A model generated the notes under the pieces. It worked only from the letters and a program-made list of their open reading frames with translations. It did no database searches and was not told the DNA's origin. From a virus, in IMG/VR virus record IMGVR_UViG_3300005613_000009, positions 55,982-119,981 of that record: 64,000 nt of DNA; one strand, given 5' to 3'. Position 1 is the first letter of the stretch. Each line of letters begins with the position of its first letter. Position numbers and translations under genes: made by a program. This document shows, piece after piece, positions 46,831 through 55,494 of this stretch.

Positions 46831-47324
46831 AAATCTTCTATTTTCTTCCAATCCCAATGTAATAATCTATGACAATTAGCACATAATAAATCACATTTTT
46901 CAGCTTCTTCCCATAATAAAATTAACTTAAAAGATATAATAGAATAGTTATTTAAATTAAATTTTTTTTCAGATGGGTTTCGATGATGAAAATCAAATAA
47001 TGATGTACACTCTCCATTAAACGGTAATCCACAAATTCCACATTTACCACCTTTGGATAAAATTAAATCCCTCTTTATTCTATGTACCCTATCCATTTTA
47101 TACTTTTGTCTTTTTGTTCTATTTCTATGATTCCATTCCCTTTTATACTGTATTGGATCTTTATATTTTCGATTATTATGCCCATTTATATATTTCCTAT
47201 CTCTTCCATAATGATCTTTTGCTTTAATTTTTTGACCGCACCCACAAGCGCATTCAATTATAGGAGCTTCATCATAAACACGTTGGTAATAGCGTTCTTT
47301 TATCTGTTTCTTCGTTAATTTCAA
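46827..47324 (-). CDS. HNH endonuclease
   Basis: CGICG...FDFHH.NP..K.F...KC.LLCANCHR..H; N-terminal CACGCG. Confidence 0.85.
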   Translation of the reverse strand: MKLTKKQIKERYYQRVYDEAPIIECACGCGQKIKAKDHYGRDRKYINGHNNRKYKDPIQYKREWNHRNRTKRQKYKMDRVHRIKRDLILSKGGKCGICGLPFNGECTSLFDFHHRNPSEKKFNLNNYSIISFKLILLWEEAEKCDLLCANCHRLLHWDWKKIEDL

Positions 47325-47330
47325 TTAATT

Positions 47331-47462
47331 TCATAGATAAATTAAATGTTTATACAAAAAAGGCAGATTCGCTAAATTTTTTGCTTGTCGTAATGCACCT
47401 TCTTCAACAAAATCTGTCCAAATCTTAATTGGTTTTGCTTCTGTTGATATTACTTGATTCAA
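47331..47462 (-). pseudogene. rtcB: rtcB N-terminal remnant (43 aa, TTG start)
   Basis: PIKIW..FVEEGALRQAKNLANLPF..KH, with AAGGAG RBS. Confidence 0.75.
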
Positions 47463-47482
47463 ATTCTTTCTCCTTTTTTTTA

Positions 47483-47560
47483 TGGTCTGGGCAGGAGGAT
47501 TTGGACCTCCGACTTCCTCGTTCCAAGCGAGGCACTCTAACCAGACTGAGCTACACCCAG
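47483..47560 (-). tRNA. tRNA-Pro(UGG)
   Basis: Cloverleaf; loop CTTGGAA; CCA encoded; T-loop TCCAAAT. Confidence 0.9.
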
Positions 47561-47606
47561 ATATTTGAAACTGGTGGTAGGTAGGAAAACGCTCTACCAA
47601 CCTGTT

Positions 47607-47683
47607 TGGAGGACGGAGGAGTTTCGCTTTCCTGAAGATACGGGCCACAACCGTATGCGTTAACCAACTTCGCCACCGATCCC
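47607..47683 (-). tRNA. degenerate tRNA-His(GUG)-like sequence
   Basis: D-arm, TACGG-TTGTGGC-CCGTA and CCA present; T-loop and acceptor stem aberrant. Confidence 0.5.
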
Positions 47684-48193
47684 AACATTCATCCGATATT
47701 CCTTTGCGTATTCAAATCTTCTTTCAACACATTTATTTAACCGGTCAATAATATCTTCCTGATCATAAACTATCCTACGATTTGGATTACGCCCCATTTT
47801 ATCAAACCTTGCCAAATGAACTAATTCAATAAACCAAGGATGGTGTAATAATTGTTGTGCTTTCAGTAGTTTACGCATTTCACCTAAAACAAAATACCAA
47901 ACCCGCATATGATTCTCAATTAACCACAAAGTTTTAGGGCTACAATGGCAGTCTAACATTTCAACTGCTATTTTTTCGTGCCCGTGACTTCTACCAATTT
48001 TACCAACATCATGTAACATTGCTGCTAAAATCAAATCTGTGTCATATGTTTCTCTAAAGGCACAATATAATGTCTGAAGAGAATGATTAAATACCGTTCC
48101 CTCTGGATGGTAAATGTCCGTTTGGCCAACACCATCTGTTTGTTCTAAAATCCAGAACAACGGTTCCATTATTTCTTTGGTAAATATTTTCAT
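47660..48193 (-). CDS. HD-domain phosphohydrolase
   Basis: YHPEG.VF.HS...AAMLHDVGK. Confidence 0.85.
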   Translation of the reverse strand: MKIFTKEIMEPLFWILEQTDGVGQTDIYHPEGTVFNHSLQTLYCAFRETYDTDLILAAMLHDVGKIGRSHGHEKIAVEMLDCHCSPKTLWLIENHMRVWYFVLGEMRKLLKAQQLLHHPWFIELVHLARFDKMGRNPNRRIVYDQEDIIDRLNKCVERRFEYAKEYRMNVGIGGEVG

Positions 48194-48501
48194 TCCGAAT
48201 TTAACTCTTTCAGTCTTTTTTTATCTCTCTCAACTTTAATTTTTAACATTTCTTCTTCCGTATATTGACCGCCCACAACTACACCACAATTATTACATAT
48301 TTCAGTGTAGCATGCATCATGCGGCACATTATGTTCCCAATCAGTGTAGCACGCATTATGCGGCACATTATATTCCCAAAAGGTACGCTTAAAATGAGTT
48401 GATGAATGTGGGCATTCTAATATTTTAACTCTTTGCTGTAACCATTTAACCATATCTTTCAGTTGTTCTACTTCTTCTTTTAATTTATTATATTTTCTCA
48501 T
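48190..48501 (-). CDS. hypothetical protein with an internal duplication
   Basis: (WEYNVPHNACYT) x2. Confidence 0.55.
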   Translation of the reverse strand: MRKYNKLKEEVEQLKDMVKWLQQRVKILECPHSSTHFKRTFWEYNVPHNACYTDWEHNVPHDACYTEICNNCGVVVGGQYTEEEMLKIKVERDKKRLKELNSE

Positions 48502-49538
48502 CAGTCAAATTCCTTCTCCAAAACATTTATAATAAATCGATCCCAGAACTTCCTATTTGGTTTTGCCGGTAAACTACTGTTTTCAGATAGAATTTCAACT
48601 TCATCCATCAAAGACTCTAATTTTGGAGCAACTTTTGTTAAATAATCCAATTTACCTTGTTTAACTTCTCTTAAAAACGGTGCTTCTTTGAGAGGAAAAG
48701 TGATTGTGTTTTCTATAAGCAATTCTTTCACTTGGTAAGCTGCTCTAAGTGCGTGGGACACAGCTTTCCAATCAATTCCTTCATTCCTCGCTGCCAAATA
48801 GGCCCTATGCCCATAGTTATCAAGATATCGTTGTAAAATATCTTTAGCATAATCTACTTTCATTGTTTCTTGAAGTACTTTACCACAAATTTGGTACTGT
48901 TTTACTCCACTTTCATTTGTTTCTATATATCCACTATGTTCCCCCACAGGTAAATCTTGCCAAAACGGCTTTAATTTCCAACCAGTGAAAGAATACGCCT
49001 TCAAAATATTCACAACTTGCCTCACAACATCTAATCTGCTACCCTTAATCCCATATTTTGCGGCTTGCCTCCGCGAATAACCAACAAAAGCCTTTAGATT
49101 TTTAGTGTAAAACTTCTCTCTGTTTTTAACTATTCTATCCCAAATATCTGATTTTTCAACGATCATATTACCAGGAGCATGAAGCATATCTAATGCAACT
49201 GTCTGACCTTCACAAGCTAATTTGATAAAATAATGAAGAGAATACATTTCAACATCAATATCATCTGATGTATTCTTTTGACCTTCAGCTTTCTTTTTAG
49301 CATTATTATAATTCTTAGGAATTTTACCTAAAAATATTTGTTCTTTTGTAGGAAGAAAAATTCCCTTAAAATCCGTGTCTGAATCTGAAGTATTTGTGCC
49401 ATACAAATGTGATCCAAATAACATTTTAACTATTATTTTTTCATTATTCATCAGATAAACCAATTCCCTTAATTTCAATTTCATATCCAATAAAGAGATT
49501 ACGAATCGATAGCTTTTTCCGCCCACATATATCCGCAT
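48501..49538 (-). CDS. Pol-beta superfamily nucleotidyltransferase (T4 NrdC.11/RlaP-like); start probably MNNEK
   Basis: GSHLYGTNT.DSD.DFKGIFLP; KAVSHALR. Confidence 0.8.
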   Translation of the reverse strand: MRIYVGGKSYRFVISLLDMKLKLRELVYLMNNEKIIVKMLFGSHLYGTNTSDSDTDFKGIFLPTKEQIFLGKIPKNYNNAKKKAEGQKNTSDDIDVEMYSLHYFIKLACEGQTVALDMLHAPGNMIVEKSDIWDRIVKNREKFYTKNLKAFVGYSRRQAAKYGIKGSRLDVVRQVVNILKAYSFTGWKLKPFWQDLPVGEHSGYIETNESGVKQYQICGKVLQETMKVDYAKDILQRYLDNYGHRAYLAARNEGIDWKAVSHALRAAYQVKELLIENTITFPLKEAPFLREVKQGKLDYLTKVAPKLESLMDEVEILSENSSLPAKPNRKFWDRFIINVLEKEFD

Positions 49539-49705
49539 CTTCTACAAGTACGAAGTAAATAATCGTCTGGCGGGGATCCTATTACTGTTGTACTTACACT
49601 TTGTTGTAATTCCTCAGAAAAGATACCTATTTGATAATCAATACTTGCATGATCAAGACAATACCCACATTTAATGCAAGGAGTATTTAAATCAAAATTT
49701 TTCAT
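49499..49705 (-). CDS. zinc-ribbon hypothetical protein
   Basis: CIKCG...CRRCGY. Confidence 0.55.
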   Translation of the reverse strand: MKNFDLNTPCIKCGYCLDHASIDYQIGIFSEELQQSVSTTVIGSPPDDYLLRTCRRCGYMWAEKAIDS

Positions 49706-49722
49706 TTTGCCTCCATATTTAC

Positions 49723-50277
49723 CTATGAATACATGTTAACTTCATTTATGTAACAGTGTTCCAAATCATCAATTCTTATAACTTTACAATGAGTTGGTCT
49801 GTTTTCATTCCATGGTCGGTTAACCAAATAAGTTCTAATTCCGGCCTCACTGGTTTGGTTTGCTGTTCTCAATCTATCTTCGATAAAAATATCAAAATTG
49901 TTTTTTACAAGAAATGACGTTTTTTCACCTGATGATTTGTTTGCCAAAGCAAATGAAAATGGGACGTTGTTTAGCAACCAGTTTCTTGTATCAAAATTAT
50001 ATTTAGCATTACGGGCAGTAATAAATGTAATAGGACCTAAAAGATATAAACCATATAACCAGTATTGATTTTTATGATACGGTCTAAGCTGATCCATTCG
50101 ATTCGTGAATATATCATCAATAATAGTGCCTAATATTTCGCTGTCGTTGTCTGATCCAATAATTTCAGCTTCGTATTTGTTGAAAATTATTTCAGTGTTT
50201 TTTTCTTTTGCAGCAATTTTAGTCACTAGTTCAACAAGGTTGCAAATGACTCCATCGATATCAACCGCTATTTTCAT
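49723..50277 (-). CDS. HAD-family 5'(3')-nucleotidase-like protein
   Basis: IAVDIDGV, FITAR, IFIEDR motifs. Confidence 0.8.
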   Translation of the reverse strand: MKIAVDIDGVICNLVELVTKIAAKEKNTEIIFNKYEAEIIGSDNDSEILGTIIDDIFTNRMDQLRPYHKNQYWLYGLYLLGPITFITARNAKYNFDTRNWLLNNVPFSFALANKSSGEKTSFLVKNNFDIFIEDRLRTANQTSEAGIRTYLVNRPWNENRPTHCKVIRIDDLEHCYINEVNMYS

Positions 50278-50331
50278 TGGATCATTCTCCTTTTTGGTCG
50301 ATTAAGAGAAAAACAAATAAGAAGATTTTAC

Positions 50332-51591
50332 CTATATGGCAAGTTGTGGTTTTAACATTGTAGTACGCATTTGTGATTGAGTGCGTTTAACAGCAGCTTT
50401 AAACGCTGAAAATTGGCCTACCGTTATTAAGATTTGTTGCGCTCTTGAAATCGCTGTATAAATCAGTGGTCGATTCACAAAATATCCAAACGATTTATGG
50501 ATGGGTAATATAACAACTGGGACCTCTGATCCTTGATACCTATGAACAGTACAACTGTACGCCAGAAGTAGATTGTTCTCAATTTTTGACAATTCAACAA
50601 CCCGTTCCGGATAGAAAAATTTGACTGTAAGTTTACCGCCTTGAATATCTAAAATCTGACCAAGATCTCCATTAACAATAAATGTTGCGTCGTCAATCTT
50701 TTCGTTTTTGGTATTTATTACTTTATCAGCAATACGAAATTGGTAATTTTCTATAATGGGATTTGGGTTAATTGCATCCTGCATTACTTTATTGATGTTT
50801 TCACAACTCATAACTGTGCGCTTATTTAATGGTGATAAAATTTGGATGTCCCATAACGGATCGTAACCGCGTTTAATCATTCGACTAACAACTGCCCTAA
50901 TAATGCCTATAATCTTAGTTTGGTTGTTCTCTTCAATATGCCTGAAGTTATCTCCGCTATCAGGATTAAGTGTATCAGGTGGAATAAAGTCTTGGCCGTG
51001 TTTTATGGCGTGACATGCCTTAATAATTGCTCCTGAATTTCGATGAATGATATTGAGAGTTGTAGTCGGAATTTTTTTCGATGCCAGGAAATCACGAAAT
51101 ACAGCACCTGATCCAACAGAAGGAAGTTGATCCTGGTCACCAATAAATAATACCTTTGTTCCGATTTCAACAGCTCGAAGTAATTCAGCCATAAGGTTAG
51201 TATCCACCATAGACGTTTCATCTACAATTAACATATCAGCCTGCAGTGGGTTGTTTTCGTTGTGTTCAAAATAAAAACCGTCATCAATAAATCTGGCTTT
51301 AAGCAACTTATGAATTGTTGTTGCAGGGTGATTTGTCGTTTCTGATATTCGTTTAGCAGCTTTGCCTGATGCGGCCGCCATGGAAACAGACATTTTATGC
51401 TCTTTTGTCCATTTTAAGATAGACTTAATTGTAGTGGTTTTCCCAGTGCCTGGACCTCCTGTAAGAATTGAAACAGAATTTTTCTTAATCATTTCAATAG
51501 CCGCTTTTTGTTCGGCTGTAAGAACTATTGGGTCAGGACTATGTGTTATTGTCATCGTTATCACCAAGATTGATTTGATTACGTTCTTCAT
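50332..51591 (-). CDS. recD2: RecD2-like helicase, catalytic half (start probably MTITH at 51555)
   Basis: GGPGTGKT, VDETSM, GD.DQL.SVG, TVHRYQGSE motifs. Confidence 0.85.
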   Translation of the reverse strand: MKNVIKSILVITMTITHSPDPIVLTAEQKAAIEMIKKNSVSILTGGPGTGKTTTIKSILKWTKEHKMSVSMAAASGKAAKRISETTNHPATTIHKLLKARFIDDGFYFEHNENNPLQADMLIVDETSMVDTNLMAELLRAVEIGTKVLFIGDQDQLPSVGSGAVFRDFLASKKIPTTTLNIIHRNSGAIIKACHAIKHGQDFIPPDTLNPDSGDNFRHIEENNQTKIIGIIRAVVSRMIKRGYDPLWDIQILSPLNKRTVMSCENINKVMQDAINPNPIIENYQFRIADKVINTKNEKIDDATFIVNGDLGQILDIQGGKLTVKFFYPERVVELSKIENNLLLAYSCTVHRYQGSEVPVVILPIHKSFGYFVNRPLIYTAISRAQQILITVGQFSAFKAAVKRTQSQMRTTMLKPQLAI

Positions 51592-51673
51592 TCAACTTTT
51601 TTAAAACTTTTTTGAGTTGAATAATTTTTTTGTTGATTTTATCCAATTTGTTTTGTTGTTCAATAATACCCAT
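51539..51673 (-). CDS. 44-aa coiled-coil peptide between the RecD2 halves
   Basis: Read manually: MGIIEQQNKLDKINKKIIQLKKVLKKLNEERNQ...; GGAG RBS. Confidence 0.55.
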   Translation of the reverse strand: MGIIEQQNKLDKINKKIIQLKKVLKKLNEERNQINLGDNDDNNT

Positions 51674-51674
51674 A

Positions 51675-52565
51675 TTACCACTCCATTAGGTTCTTAATTT
51701 TGTCGGCTATATATTTTTCGTTATAAGCTATTACTTTGTTTGCTATTAAGTTGCTGAGTTTTGTTACATTTTCTTTCAAAATTTCTTCGAATCCTTCAGA
51801 AACATCGCAACCGAGTAGTGTTTCCGCGTCCCTAAAAAGTTGATCAATATAACACCATACATTACCTTCAAGTTCATTCTCCTTTAAGACATGAAGGATT
51901 CCGGCCTTTTGCCTATGAATACTTTTTTTATCTATTTTAAACCGTGCTAAAGCAATTTTGTCAGCAGTTAAAAATCCAATACCTCGAAACTTAGTCAGTC
52001 TATACGGATTTTCTTTCAGGACATCGATGGCATCTCCACCCCATTTTTTTGCAATTTCAATAGGCAAACTTTTCCTGGTACCCATGCCTCCGATGAGTGC
52101 TTCAAGATCAACAACAATGGCCTCAATCGCATCGTTTTCTAAGATAATATTTTGGATTTCTTTGGCTCGTTTAATCGTTAAGCCCTTAATGTCTCTGGCA
52201 ATTTTTTTAGGATCAGTTTTAAGTACGTTAATTGTTTCTTGCCCATATTCTTCGATCAGATTATTTGCAACAATTGGCCCTATCCATTTGGCAGTATGTA
52301 CTAGATAGCGATAAATACCATCTGTTGATTTGGGCTTAATAGTTTCATAAGAATGGAATTTAAACTGTTGACCATAAACATCATTATTCACCCATTTGCC
52401 ACGAAGTTTATAATCAAATCCGACTTTAGGTTTCAATAAATTACCAAGGGCAGCAATGCGAGATTTTCCTTTGTCGAATACACCGATAAGAAATCCTTTT
52501 TCATTTTGAAATCGTATTCTGCTGAGCGTTGCAGTTAATTCATTTGATTGTGTTAATGCGGTCAT
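51675..52565 (-). CDS. RecD2-like N-terminal half (OB fold and helix-hairpin-helix motifs)
   Basis: G.W.....YG.QF, WIGP..A..I...YG, NPY.L....GIGF..AD motifs. Confidence 0.8.
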   Translation of the reverse strand: MTALTQSNELTATLSRIRFQNEKGFLIGVFDKGKSRIAALGNLLKPKVGFDYKLRGKWVNNDVYGQQFKFHSYETIKPKSTDGIYRYLVHTAKWIGPIVANNLIEEYGQETINVLKTDPKKIARDIKGLTIKRAKEIQNIILENDAIEAIVVDLEALIGGMGTRKSLPIEIAKKWGGDAIDVLKENPYRLTKFRGIGFLTADKIALARFKIDKKSIHRQKAGILHVLKENELEGNVWCYIDQLFRDAETLLGCDVSEGFEEILKENVTKLSNLIANKVIAYNEKYIADKIKNLMEW

Positions 52566-52927
52566 GGTTTTTCTTTTTCTACCTCTTCTACCTCAAACCC
52601 GATTTGTCTGTGTTCTGATTCAATAAGATATGCAATATCTTGCATCTGGCTGAGTGTCATAGAATTCCTTTGACAATATTCAGTACATTCAATGACCGGA
52701 TTATGTGCATTGAGTATTATATCTAACTCAAAACATTTAGCGTACAATACCTTGAATTCTGACCTAACTAATTGCAAGTGTTTACAATCGTTACATAAAC
52801 CAAATTCATTTGATATAAACCCTTTTGAACCCGGATTTTCATATTGATCAAGACCAAGCAAACTGGCCTCTGTAAATATTTTCTTTGAAATCTTTTCCTC
52901 TTTTCTTTCTTCATTCGACATAGACAT
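52562..52927 (-). CDS. hypothetical Cys-containing protein
   Basis: Coupled ORF. Confidence 0.6.
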   Translation of the reverse strand: MSMSNEERKEEKISKKIFTEASLLGLDQYENPGSKGFISNEFGLCNDCKHLQLVRSEFKVLYAKCFELDIILNAHNPVIECTEYCQRNSMTLSQMQDIAYLIESEHRQIGFEVEEVEKEKP

Positions 52928-53145
52928 TATATTGCACCTTGAGTGGAATGATATACGGGTTTGTTGTTTGATCTTTGTTCTATGAGTAGTTCCATCATTT
53001 TCTTCATTTTTTCATCTTTAGTGATCGGTTCTATCCAGTTAATCAAGTATGCAAAATACGTACATGCGCATTTTGGACATTGATTCCCGGTATAAACCTC
53101 TTCACAATTTGTATTCAAGCATAACTTAGCATCTTTTAACTTCAT
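52927..53145 (-). CDS. zinc-ribbon hypothetical protein
   Basis: CLNTNC...CPKC; GGAGG RBS. Confidence 0.6.
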   Translation of the reverse strand: MKLKDAKLCLNTNCEEVYTGNQCPKCACTYFAYLINWIEPITKDEKMKKMMELLIEQRSNNKPVYHSTQGAI

Positions 53146-53234
53146 TGAGTTTCCTCCTTGAATATCTAATTATACATATGCAAATTATACAAATTTCATA
53201 AAAAAACAGATAAAAAAATAAAAAAATTTCTGTC

Positions 53235-54632
53235 TTATGAGTTAAACAGTGTCATTTGATTAAGGTTTCTTTCTTTCTTTAATGAAAGTAATTGACCTTT
53301 CTTAAGCCTTTGTTCATCCTGCATAGTTCCATCACAATATTCGAGAAAACGTAAGGCTTCATCGTCTTTAAATGTGCGACCAACACCACGTGGAAACGCA
53401 TTGATAATTGCTGGTGTAATTTCTTTTCCTGATCGTTTTAAACGCATTAGAAGCTTGTATGATTCTTCTTTTTTGCCAAAGTGGCCTTTTGCATTTTTAT
53501 AAGTAAGAGGTTTATCACTTGAAGAAAAACCATATGATTTCAATGCATGAGCCCATGCTTTAAGGAAATAATCTTTTTCTTTAAAATCAACCATGGATTC
53601 ATTTTCAAAAGGTGTTCCAATACATGGTTCAAAATTTGTGATATTGAATTCCAACCGGATATTATGAGTTTTTTTCCTAATAGGACCGAACAAGGTCGAA
53701 ACTATTTTTGTTTGTTCTTTTCGTATAGCCGCCAATTTTTTTAGCCACAAAAACCATTTGGAATAATCTTCATGTGGTAAACCATAAATCATACAACTGT
53801 GTATATTAGAGACATACTGCATTAAGAATATATATGCTTTTTCTAGCCTTTGATCCGAGGAAGGTTTATTTGCATATTTACGAGTGTTTTCAGAGAATGA
53901 CTCAATACCGATTTTGATTGCCTGCTTCGATTTGATAATCGGTCTAATGTGTTCAATATCCTTTAGACAAACATCTGTGTTCAATATTCTGATATTTGAC
54001 TCTTGACAAAGGCGTAATAGTTCTTGAATTTGGCTGTATCCGCCAAGATTTGCACTTAGAAAATTAATATTATTGGTTTTGCTTTTTATGTCATTTATCT
54101 GTTTCTTTACTAATCCGATATCTTTTTCACGATATTCGTTTCCTTGGACCCAACTGTACTCGCAAAAATTGCATTTATATTTACAACCTCTTGTGAGTTC
54201 TATAATTGCTTTGTGCTTTTCAATAATTGGATCGCTGTTAAGCCTTTTTATTGAATGCCATCCATTGCTTTTTTTTTCACCTTCAATCTCACCCTTAAAA
54301 ATTTCATCAGCAATTGTATCTATGCATCCAACAGTGTTACTTACGCCTTGCCCACCACAAATAATGTAAGGACTTACCCTCCGTGTTTTATCTGTACCAA
54401 TTCCATTGTTCCTCAAAAAAGGAACTATATTTAGAATATGTGTTGGGTAAAAAACATTAAATGCAATAACCTCATAATTATATTTTAAACTTTGTCGCCA
54501 ATGGTATCGATCAGCATTTAACCAGTTTTTAGCAATTTCAAGACCAAGATTGATGGATCCTTGACTTCTTGCATTAACAGGAATTGTATCGATAATTGCA
54601 TGGTTTTTATTTAAAGGAGGAGATTTTTTCAT
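53235..54632 (-). CDS. radical SAM protein (class-B-like architecture)
   Basis: ELTRGCKYKCNFC (CxxxCxxC); IGIES; MIYGLP.E. Confidence 0.85.
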   Translation of the reverse strand: MKKSPPLNKNHAIIDTIPVNARSQGSINLGLEIAKNWLNADRYHWRQSLKYNYEVIAFNVFYPTHILNIVPFLRNNGIGTDKTRRVSPYIICGGQGVSNTVGCIDTIADEIFKGEIEGEKKSNGWHSIKRLNSDPIIEKHKAIIELTRGCKYKCNFCEYSWVQGNEYREKDIGLVKKQINDIKSKTNNINFLSANLGGYSQIQELLRLCQESNIRILNTDVCLKDIEHIRPIIKSKQAIKIGIESFSENTRKYANKPSSDQRLEKAYIFLMQYVSNIHSCMIYGLPHEDYSKWFLWLKKLAAIRKEQTKIVSTLFGPIRKKTHNIRLEFNITNFEPCIGTPFENESMVDFKEKDYFLKAWAHALKSYGFSSSDKPLTYKNAKGHFGKKEESYKLLMRLKRSGKEITPAIINAFPRGVGRTFKDDEALRFLEYCDGTMQDEQRLKKGQLLSLKKERNLNQMTLFNS

Positions 54633-54638
54633 TATATA

Positions 54639-55451
54639 TTATATCCAATTTAGCATGTCTTGTATTTCAGTCTCTAGATCATCTACAACAATCCAGTTTA
54701 TTTTCATTTGTTCTAAATGGGCTAATGCCATTTTGTATTCATAGCCTGGGAAATAATTTTCTTTTTTCAGGATATATTTATATAGGTTTAGCTGTAAATA
54801 ATATTTGTTTGCGCTACAATCTTCTAAGTGACAAATTGGTGATAACGCATTTTGCCAAAAATTTGTTTTTTTGATATCGAGATTAGTTTTCCAATCGATA
54901 ATAATTATTCTTCTATTTTTTTCATCTCGCATCAAAAGATCAATTGTTCCTGCGATACTGAGCTTCATTGAAAATACAATTTTTTCTGCTTGAATAAATT
55001 GATATTTTTTTATTAGCAGATCATGTGCCGCAATTGCTGCTTGGCATAAACCATAACGTCGATTTGTAATATCTTTGTCTTCAAATTCGTAATTTGTTTT
55101 TTCAAATAAACTTTGTGCAAATTCATGAACTTCTGTACCGAGATGACTACTTTGAAGACCTTTTTCTTTCCACATTGTACGTACTTTTTCCGGATCCAGG
55201 TTGCGTTTTTTAGCGTATATTTCAGATATTCTTTTTGTTTCGAATTGTGGAAAAAACGATGATACAAATTTCGTATTACTGGTTAGAACTTCACCATCAT
55301 CGTTATAATATTTGTGCAGGACTGGATCAAAATAGATAGTTTCGCCAGCCGGATTTTGTGCGGTAAGTGTTTCCATGTAAGACTTGTCTTTTGAAAAAAA
55401 AATTAAAATGAAAAGGGAGAAGCAAAGCCAAAGGTAAATTGCTTCTCCCAT
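54639..55451 (-). CDS. PD-(D/E)XK exonuclease (start probably METLT)
   Basis: GT.VH, IAGTIDLL, IIDWKT, Y.LQL..Y motifs. Confidence 0.85.
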   Translation of the reverse strand: MGEAIYLWLCFSLFILIFFSKDKSYMETLTAQNPAGETIYFDPVLHKYYNDDGEVLTSNTKFVSSFFPQFETKRISEIYAKKRNLDPEKVRTMWKEKGLQSSHLGTEVHEFAQSLFEKTNYEFEDKDITNRRYGLCQAAIAAHDLLIKKYQFIQAEKIVFSMKLSIAGTIDLLMRDEKNRRIIIIDWKTNLDIKKTNFWQNALSPICHLEDCSANKYYLQLNLYKYILKKENYFPGYEYKMALAHLEQMKINWIVVDDLETEIQDMLNWI

Positions 55452-55494
55452 AATCTTCTGGAAGGAGGTAAGGACCAGAAGATTCTTTTAACTA

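Noticed and set aside
46827-47330. Group I intron or intein carrying the HNH inside an intact rtcB
   Set aside because: No non-coding space for an intron core, and the rtcB middle is simply missing
47463-47648. 105-aa ORF 47331..47648 as annotated
   Set aside because: Its 5' part runs through tRNA-Pro and the tRNA-His-like sequence; only the TTG-started rtcB remnant is credible
51539-51675. RecD2 split as a single-base sequencing frameshift
   Set aside because: The halves are about 120 nt apart with an intervening RBS-led ORF, not a one-base slip
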